Source: Candidatus Latescibacterota bacterium (GTDB lineage: Bacteria; Latescibacterota; UBA2968). From it: DNA of 64,000 bases. Location of the stretch: NCBI GenBank assembly GCA_965204745.1, contig OZ242010.1, positions 3,200,001 to 3,264,000 of the forward strand, read 5' to 3'. A program made the position numbers and the translations under genes. The notes beneath the pieces are model-generated. The model had not been told where the DNA came from. It made no database searches and was given only the letters and a program-made list of their open reading frames with translations. Shown piece after piece: positions 57,554 to 64,000 of this stretch; the first letter of the stretch is position 1; every line of letters starts with the position of its first letter.

Positions 57554-57790
57554 TTATGACCCGATTCCGCGCAAAATCAGGCCAGCCAAAACGATAAACA
57601 TCGTGACTTGGATGCCGATCACCCATCGCAATGTTACCCGCAGGTCTTGAACCTCTGAACGCAGGTCGTCAATGCGTCTGTTCACGTCGTCAATGCGTCT
57701 GTTCACGTCGTCAACGCGCTTGTTCATCTGCACCATTTCACCGCGTAACTCTGCGAGTCCAATGCGTTGATCCAATTCTTGATCTGCCAT
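57554..57790 (-). CDS. Small coiled-coil protein with C-terminal TM anchor (DUF1640/CCDC90-like)
   Basis: AAGGAG RBS; heptads NKRVDDV NRRIDDV NRRIDDL from a 21-bp tandem repeat; RWVIGIQVTMFIVLAGLIL. Confidence 0.75.
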   Translation of the reverse strand: MADQELDQRIGLAELRGEMVQMNKRVDDVNRRIDDVNRRIDDLRSEVQDLRVTLRWVIGIQVTMFIVLAGLILRGIGS

Positions 57791-57900
57791 TTCAACTCCT
57801 TTGTTAATGCCTTTCAAGGCCAGTGACGCCAAAATATACCCAAATACAACGAGGTTGGCAACGGGGATTTTTCGCCAATTACGGCTCGCGCCCTATCTTG

Positions 57901-59595
57901 TCACAACGCGAGGGCGACGCCGACCGCGACGATGGGGATCAGCAGGTATTTGAGTAGCCCTTTGCGCTTGCCCGGGATGTTGCTGAGGATCGAGGTTTGG
58001 AGTTTGTGATCGCCGGTTTTGTAATACAGGCATTCCGCGCCCGGGGCAACGGCTATCGCGGTGACCCCAGGCCACACCGGTTTGATGCCGCCCGTGGGAT
58101 AGAGGACGATGTTTTCCCGGTGGTCTTTGTAATCGCCCGTTTTGATCTGGATCGCGTATTCCTGCCCAAAAGTCATCTGGTCGGGCGGAACGATGGGGCC
58201 GAGTTCATCCCCGAACACGGGTTGCACGCGCACCACATCGGACGCGGCCTTGGCCTCGGGCAACCACATGGACACGCGCGGGGACACGCGGAGAAACGAG
58301 GGGGTCGCGCCCACGCGGAACGACACTGGCACGGCCCGATTTTGCCCGTCTTTGAAAATGTAATGCCCTTGGGGCAAGGCCAGGGAAAACGCCTGCCTGC
58401 GCTGGACGATGTTTTCGCGCAACAGGAGTTCGGCCAACGTCACGAGGCTGTCGCGCATGGCCTGTTCGCTCGGCGAAGTCAGCGGGGGCGTTGGGGATTC
58501 GCGCGTGAAAAGCACCTGCTCAAAATAGAGCGCGTTGGGTTGCAAATTGCGCGTGGAAAGCCAGGCCTCACTCACGTTCACATCCAAGCGGCCGAGGCGG
58601 TCGTGCCAGTGCTCGACAAAGCCCATGAGATCGCCCAAGCGCAGGTGAGAATTGCCCGGCAAAGGATACGGCTCTTGGTCAACTGGAAACGGAGATCGTG
58701 CACGCGCACTGCGAAAAAGCGCGTGGGCCTCAGAGAACCGGCGGTACTTGCCCAGCACGATGCCGCGGTACACCTCGACTTGGGCCAATGCGCGCAGCAC
58801 GCCGAGTTCTTTTTCGCTCATGCGGTCCAAGGTGCGGTCTATCTCGCGGATGTGCGCGCCATAGCGGTCGAGTTCTGCGACAAACAGGGGCAAGCGGCGA
58901 TCCATCAAGTGGATGGCCGCATTGCTCGCAACGGCGGGCGCGGCTTCGCCAATGGCGATGGCGCCGGCCAAGAGATGCGCGCTTTCCGCGCGATACCGGT
59001 CTGCGAGTGCCGCGAGATCCGGGATGGACAAACTCGTCAGGGGCAGTGGGGCAGGCGTCAGCACGATCTTGAGGAGTTTGCCGCGCGGCCACAAAAACAG
59101 GTCTCGTTCAATGGTGCGAAAGCCGGCTTTGCCGATTTCGAGGCGATACTTGCCCACAAAGAGGTCGGCCTCGTACGCCACATTCCCGCGCCCGATGTTG
59201 ATGAACCCGGTGAACGTCGTATCCCGATCCGCAAACCGCAGGCGGATTTTCGCGCCCAAGGCGTCGAGTTGGTCCGACCGGATTTGCAGGCGCGCTTTTT
59301 GTCGCGTGAGCGCGATGTGCAGCGTATCTGCCAACACCGGTTGCGTGATGGTGCGCGTCCAGAATTGGTAGCCGTGCGCCAAAGCCTGAAGTTTGTCGCC
59401 GATGTCCAAGCGTTCCCGCGTGGAAAAGGGCGCGTACCCCGCTTCCTGCCCGTTGATGAAAACCCGCGCGCCGGAGGGCGTGGAGTCGATGTGGAGCAGG
59501 GTCGCCGGGCGCGTCTGCGGCACGGGTTCTGGCTCCTGTGCGGCGAGATGCAACGGCGCGATCAGGCATAAGAAGACGAGTCGCAGTGCGTTCAT
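57901..59595 (-). CDS. PEGA-domain secreted/membrane-anchored protein
   Basis: Signal peptide MNALRLVFLCL; LHIDSTPSGARVFINGQEAGYAP; C-terminal TM; ATGA overlap with upstream gene. Confidence 0.8.
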   Translation of the reverse strand: MNALRLVFLCLIAPLHLAAQEPEPVPQTRPATLLHIDSTPSGARVFINGQEAGYAPFSTRERLDIGDKLQALAHGYQFWTRTITQPVLADTLHIALTRQKARLQIRSDQLDALGAKIRLRFADRDTTFTGFINIGRGNVAYEADLFVGKYRLEIGKAGFRTIERDLFLWPRGKLLKIVLTPAPLPLTSLSIPDLAALADRYRAESAHLLAGAIAIGEAAPAVASNAAIHLMDRRLPLFVAELDRYGAHIREIDRTLDRMSEKELGVLRALAQVEVYRGIVLGKYRRFSEAHALFRSARARSPFPVDQEPYPLPGNSHLRLGDLMGFVEHWHDRLGRLDVNVSEAWLSTRNLQPNALYFEQVLFTRESPTPPLTSPSEQAMRDSLVTLAELLLRENIVQRRQAFSLALPQGHYIFKDGQNRAVPVSFRVGATPSFLRVSPRVSMWLPEAKAASDVVRVQPVFGDELGPIVPPDQMTFGQEYAIQIKTGDYKDHRENIVLYPTGGIKPVWPGVTAIAVAPGAECLYYKTGDHKLQTSILSNIPGKRKGLLKYLLIPIVAVGVALAL

Positions 59596-60974
59596 GGCGA
59601 TGGCTCCCCCCGTTCGCTGACCAAATTGGGATTGTGGTTTTCCTCGAGTTGACGCGCTTGGGCGTAATCGCCTTGGCTTTTGGCAATGCGGTAAAATGCC
59701 CGCCAATACCGATCCGGCGCGATGCGATAGGCATGCTCTGCGGCTTGGTACGCACGCATCCCAACACCTTGCAGGTCGGAGTTGAGATAGGCATGCGCCA
59801 AAGTGATCAGGGCCTCGGCTCGGTCTTGCCACCCAAAGGTCGTCACCGGATAAATGGCTGCAATGGCTTGGCGATACGCGCCCTCTTTGAGCTTGACGCT
59901 CGCCAAACTGAGCGACAACCCGCCGTACGTATCGCACACGCGCGCCTCGTATCGGTTGTGCCGATAGGCTTTTTGGGCAAAGGCCACGGCTTGGGCCAAA
60001 TCGTCTCGATACGCGGTGAACGCCATGTCCAAATACAGGGCGGCGCGGGACGTGTCTGACCGCGCATAGAACAAGGCGCGTTGCATGGCGCGAATCGCCT
60101 GCTCGGTATCTTCTTCTTTGCCGTGGCGCAAGCCCTTGAGGCGGAGGATGGCACAGCGCATGTTGTACCCGCCGTCAAAGCGCGCTGCCGCGAGCACTTG
60201 CGCGAACCAATCCGGATTGTTGCCCAAGGCGCCGCGAGACGCTGCCGCGGCAATTTTGGGAATGTAAAAATCCGGCTCGATGCCCTCAAAATTCACCTGC
60301 GCCGCGGTTTCGATGAGGTTCAAGCTGTTCTCGATATAAACGCTCAAATAGGCTTGCAGGGTATCGCTCATGCCCGCGCGCTGGGGCGACGTATAGACGA
60401 GTTCCCTTTGCTCTCGCACGAGAATGGCGGTCCAGATCTCGCGCAACCCGTCTTCTGCGACTCGCCAGATGCGGTGCAAGGTGTCGATCATCGCCGGGTG
60501 AAAGCGCGTGTCTAGCCGCGTGGTGTCTCGCAGTTCTGCGGGGAGGAGATTCAAAGGCATGGGTTGGCGGGCGTATTCCCGGTCGAGCGCGGCATTGGCA
60601 CGCGCCATCGCGTATTTGACCGTGAGCCGCCCCTGTTCGTAGATCACATCCGGGTCTTGCTCTCGGTCGCGCGCGATGCGGTACGCGTCCGCGCCTTTTC
60701 TGAGCAGGTCGATCCGCGCATTGGGATCCGCGTCATAAGCGCGTTCGCAAGCCGTGCCCAGCCAGATATAGTACGCGCTGGTAAAGATGAGGGCGTGATC
60801 GCACGCGCGTTCAAACTGCGTCACGGCTTTGGCATAATCCGCAACCGAGAACGCGGCGCGGCCCTCTTCAAAGGCGCGATAGGCCAAGTCGTCGTCCTTT
60901 TCCCACGCGCGAGACGGGGCAATGGCGACGGCGAACAACAAGATGAGGGCTGTTTTTTTCATGATCGATCTCAC
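59592..60974 (-). CDS. Secreted TPR-repeat protein
   Basis: Signal peptide MKKTALILLFAVAIA (alternative start 60962); TPR-like helices. Confidence 0.8.
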   Translation of the reverse strand: MRSIMKKTALILLFAVAIAPSRAWEKDDDLAYRAFEEGRAAFSVADYAKAVTQFERACDHALIFTSAYYIWLGTACERAYDADPNARIDLLRKGADAYRIARDREQDPDVIYEQGRLTVKYAMARANAALDREYARQPMPLNLLPAELRDTTRLDTRFHPAMIDTLHRIWRVAEDGLREIWTAILVREQRELVYTSPQRAGMSDTLQAYLSVYIENSLNLIETAAQVNFEGIEPDFYIPKIAAAASRGALGNNPDWFAQVLAAARFDGGYNMRCAILRLKGLRHGKEEDTEQAIRAMQRALFYARSDTSRAALYLDMAFTAYRDDLAQAVAFAQKAYRHNRYEARVCDTYGGLSLSLASVKLKEGAYRQAIAAIYPVTTFGWQDRAEALITLAHAYLNSDLQGVGMRAYQAAEHAYRIAPDRYWRAFYRIAKSQGDYAQARQLEENHNPNLVSERGEPSP

Positions 60975-62320
60975 GATTGGCCCAAGGCGCGGTTGAGCAA
61001 GCGGATGCCCCTGCGCGCTTGGGTTTCGAGGTGGAGGGATTTGCCGAGGCCCGACCGCGCGAAAATCTGGATATTGTCCAAGCGGCCCCTGCGAAAGGTG
61101 AGGGTAAAGGCAATGCCGTCCGCAAAGTGGATTCTGGCGCGGTTTGGGGCCAGGGCGAGTTGGGCGTTTTCAAAAATTCTGTTTTCCTGCGTTTTGAGGC
61201 GCGCGAGGGCGCGTTGAATGCGGGTGAGGCGCGCGAGTTCTGCCGAAAGCCCGGCCGATGCGCGAAAGTTGGAAAAGCCAATGCGCCCGGCCGGGCCATA
61301 GCCTTTGAGATCCTCTGATTCCACTTGGGGCGCGTCTTTGTCCGTGTGCGTAGGCGGTGGCAAGGTCGCAGGTGTGTGCGAGGGCATCTGCAATGTGGGC
61401 CGCGTGACCGCGACTTCTGGGCGCGATCCAAAAAAGGACGATGGAGCCGCCCCTCGGTCTAAGCGGGGCGCAGAGATGTTGGGGCGCGTCTCGAACGCGA
61501 GTTGCGGCAGGTCGCGCTGGCGCGAAATATCGGGCAATGCCGCGAGCACGCGCTTGGGCTTGTCCGGCAATGCGATTTGTGGACGCGGCACGGTCGGCGC
61601 GATCACTTTAGGTTCTGGCTCGGGCGCGGCAACTTTGGGTTCTGGCGGCGCGTTCTGCCCCATGTCAAAAACGCCCTGCGCGCTGACGAGCATCTCCTCA
61701 AAATTTGCGACAATCGCATTGCGCGCGCGACCACTTGCGGGCGGGAACAGGGCCAAGAGCAAGACCGCACCCACAGCACACGCGCCGGCCAGCGTGGGCA
61801 AAAAGCGTTGGCGATGGCGTTGCACAGGCGGCGACAGCAGACGGGGAACAACCGCAGACGGCGCGGCATCGGGCGCGAGGGCAATGGCGATTTCGATCTC
61901 GTGCCGACGATTGGGAAATCGATCCCACAACTTGGCAAGCCCGACCCGGTTCCGGGCGGCGACTAGCGCATATGCCTCGTGCAAGATGTGGCCCTTGTAC
62001 CAGCGGTCGATGACCTCCGGCGAAGGCAACTTGGCGGCCACAACGCGGCGCGCAGAGGACTCTCCTCCAATGCGATCATCAAAGGCATCGGCCTCCACAG
62101 GCGGATCATACCCTCGGTCGCGCAACCCTTGGACGAGATGCTCCACAGCGCGGTGATAGTCCCGCGTAAAATGTTTCGGCGAGACATGTCCACACACCCT
62201 GCGCGCCTCGTGCAAATTGCGTGCGTGCAACACGGCCCGCAACACGCCAAAAAGCGCGGGTTGCTCTTGCGCCATGCGGTCAAAGGCACTGCGGATTGTA
62301 CTTTGTCGTTGAGGAGACAT
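60971..62320 (-). CDS. Hypothetical membrane protein with Pro-rich periplasmic linker (possible TonB/TolA-like energy transducer)
   Basis: Cytoplasmic N-domain, single TM (LAGACAVGAVLLLALF), PPEPKVAAPEPEPKV linker; lies downstream of exbD. Confidence 0.6.
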   Translation of the reverse strand: MSPQRQSTIRSAFDRMAQEQPALFGVLRAVLHARNLHEARRVCGHVSPKHFTRDYHRAVEHLVQGLRDRGYDPPVEADAFDDRIGGESSARRVVAAKLPSPEVIDRWYKGHILHEAYALVAARNRVGLAKLWDRFPNRRHEIEIAIALAPDAAPSAVVPRLLSPPVQRHRQRFLPTLAGACAVGAVLLLALFPPASGRARNAIVANFEEMLVSAQGVFDMGQNAPPEPKVAAPEPEPKVIAPTVPRPQIALPDKPKRVLAALPDISRQRDLPQLAFETRPNISAPRLDRGAAPSSFFGSRPEVAVTRPTLQMPSHTPATLPPPTHTDKDAPQVESEDLKGYGPAGRIGFSNFRASAGLSAELARLTRIQRALARLKTQENRIFENAQLALAPNRARIHFADGIAFTLTFRRGRLDNIQIFARSGLGKSLHLETQARRGIRLLNRALGQS

Positions 62321-62356
62321 GGTGGTTTCTCGGGACCTGGTGTATGCTTATGAGGA

Positions 62357-62443
62357 TAGCCACAAAAGGCACGAGCGGGGTACAACTGGCGATAGCCAGT
62401 TCAAAAGCACAAAAGGGATACAACTGGCGATAGCCAGTTCAAA
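62357..62443. repeat. Tandem pair of REP-like palindromes TACAACTGGC-GATA-GCCAGTTCAAA
   Basis: Two copies 38 bp apart; same family as 16441-16499. Confidence 0.7.
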
Positions 62444-62492
62444 GGCGAGCAGTGTTTGTACGTGCTCGCCCTGCCCGTCTCTCGGAGAGGGG

Positions 62493-63023
62493 TTACAATT
62501 TTCTCTTTTGACTCTCAAGCCCCCATTGCACGGTCTTAAACCCATTGGCGTTGAGGGCGTCGTACACGCCAACCGTGTACGTCACAGTGGCATCGCGCTC
62601 AAAATAGAGGCGCGCCAAAATATCACTGGGATCAAAACCCCGTTGCGCTTGGAGTGCGTGCAAGGCTTTTTGGGTCGCCAAAAACACCGCGCGTTCAATG
62701 CCGACTTGGGCGTTGTCTGCCCCGTGTTGAAAGACGATGTGTTCTTCGGTGGCAACGCCGCCCTTGTCGAACTGGATATGGGATTTGCCGATGATGATCT
62801 GCAAAAACCGCTCGTCCGTGGGATTGGGCGCCGCGTGGGTTTCGTCAGCGGCTTTGATAAAGTTGAGTTTTTGCGCGTGGACAAAGCGGTTGTGCAAATT
62901 GGCGAGATGCGTTTGCCACACGTTTTGGATGATGAAAAATGTCAGCAACAAAAACAGCACGTCGATAAATCCCTCGCCCGTGTCCAACAACGCTGCCAAA
63001 GGTCGCCTGTTGCGGTGTCTCAT
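62493..63023 (-). CDS. ExbD/TolR family biopolymer transport protein
   Basis: FIDVLFLLLTFFII TM with conserved Asp; ERDATVTY..V...DAL...GF..V. Confidence 0.8.
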   Translation of the reverse strand: MRHRNRRPLAALLDTGEGFIDVLFLLLTFFIIQNVWQTHLANLHNRFVHAQKLNFIKAADETHAAPNPTDERFLQIIIGKSHIQFDKGGVATEEHIVFQHGADNAQVGIERAVFLATQKALHALQAQRGFDPSDILARLYFERDATVTYTVGVYDALNANGFKTVQWGLESQKRKL

Positions 63024-63047
63024 GGATAATTCCCCAAGGCACAGGGG

Positions 63048-64000
63048 CTACGCCTGTGCGTCTCGTAAAAAAAAATGTTGAACCAAATTGAGCATGCGCG
63101 CTCGGTGTTGCAGGCTACGGGCTTTGGTCTTGCGAATGAGGATCATGGACAAAATGCGTCCGAGGAACCCAATGGCCGTGGTGACGAGTGCAAAGTTGAT
63201 GTAGTGCGCCATTTTGAGTTGGGTCTGCGCCGGGCCTTCGCCCACTTTCATCGTATCTTCCAAAATTTTGAACGCGTCGATCATGCCCACGACCGTGCCC
63301 AACAAGCCGAGGGAGAGTGCCAACAGGCCCAACATGCCAAAACCCTCGGAGAGACGGTCTTCAATCTCGTCGAAAAGGAGATAGATTTTGTCCGTGCATC
63401 GCTCGACCAATCTGGCGCGGTCAGACGCGATTTCCGATTCCACAGACGTGAGAATGGCGTAGAGTTCGGTGTTTTCAGCCAGGGCGTAATCCGCGTTGTA
63501 CTGCCCGCCCCAAAGCAAGTCAATGCCGTGGGTTTGAACGATCTGCGCGTCTGAATCCGTGAAGAACCGGTCCGATGCCAAGTCGTGGGACAAGACTTGG
63601 GCATAGCGCACGACCATGTAAAAGGGCAAGGCGATCAGAAACAGGATCAACACCGTGGAGAGCGGGCCGCTGATGTTGGAGATGTACCGCCCGATAGACT
63701 CGGCCAAATCCCCGCCGCGCACCACCGTGGGCACGGCATTGTCCGCGCCAAACGCGAGTTGGATGTCGTCAAACCCGTACTCGATCATCTGCGTATTGGG
63801 CGCGATGGGGCCGTCCAATGCGTTGTCGAAGTCCAGCGCATAGACGCGGTTGCCGCGCTGAAAGCGCAACTCGTCGATCACCGCGCTGTGGCTGGCGTTG
63901 CGCGTGCGAATGACCAAGCTATCGACGGGCAGATCCGGTATCTCGATCCACTCGCGTTGCGTGCCCGAGTAATAGGTCGAATCCCGCCCCTGCACGTGGA
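63048..64000 (-). CDS. MotA/TolQ/ExbB proton channel family protein with extra N-terminal domain (5' end outside window)
   Basis: LGLLGTVVGMIDAF and FALVTTAIG signatures; frame open to the window edge. Confidence 0.85.
   Translation of the reverse strand, partial: HVQGRDSTYYSGTQREWIEIPDLPVDSLVIRTRNASHSAVIDELRFQRGNRVYALDFDNALDGPIAPNTQMIEYGFDDIQLAFGADNAVPTVVRGGDLAESIGRYISNISGPLSTVLILFLIALPFYMVVRYAQVLSHDLASDRFFTDSDAQIVQTHGIDLLWGGQYNADYALAENTELYAILTSVESEIASDRARLVERCTDKIYLLFDEIEDRLSEGFGMLGLLALSLGLLGTVVGMIDAFKILEDTMKVGEGPAQTQLKMAHYINFALVTTAIGFLGRILSMILIRKTKARSLQHRARMLNLVQHFFLRDAQA

Noticed and set aside
57997-59571. 524-aa plus-strand ORF and the long 5' extension of the PEGA ORF to 59937
   Set aside because: The first is an antisense shadow; the extension overlaps the TPR gene, while a signal peptide with ATGA coupling starts at 59595

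Overview
GC-rich (~60%) bacterial window. The large modular secreted proteins (GLUG, lamin-tail, CARDB, YWTD/LDL-receptor-B propellers, dockerin/EF-hand, FlgD-like C-termini) suggest a Latescibacteria/Poribacteria-like marine or sponge-associated organism (inference). From left to right: a partial GLUG-repeat surface protein; tldD; a nucleotidyltransferase toxin-antitoxin-like pair; a sodium:solute symporter; a membrane/TPR protein; hydroxyacid-oxoacid transhydrogenase; an AT-rich type II restriction-modification pair; a sugar ABC/ThuA/sulfatase cluster; a dockerin-LTD plus cohesin-multi-LTD gene pair; a small PC4/SSB-like gene followed by a strongly structured ~145-nt RNA-like element and a terminator; a complete IS701-family element; a five-unit tandem array of Rpn (PD-(D/E)XK) genes, three full length and two internally deleted that keep only the internal-start C-terminal 'antitoxin' ORF; four mosaic CARDB/YWTD/PPC surface-protein paralogues with hypervariable propeller loops and a displaced C-terminal module; a TolC plus NTP-transferase/CDP-alcohol phosphotransferase pair behind a sigma54-like promoter; and an ExbB/ExbD/TonB-like/TPR/PEGA cluster. 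No rRNA, tRNA, CRISPR array or reverse transcriptase was seen. All family assignments come from motif recognition by eye, not from database searches.
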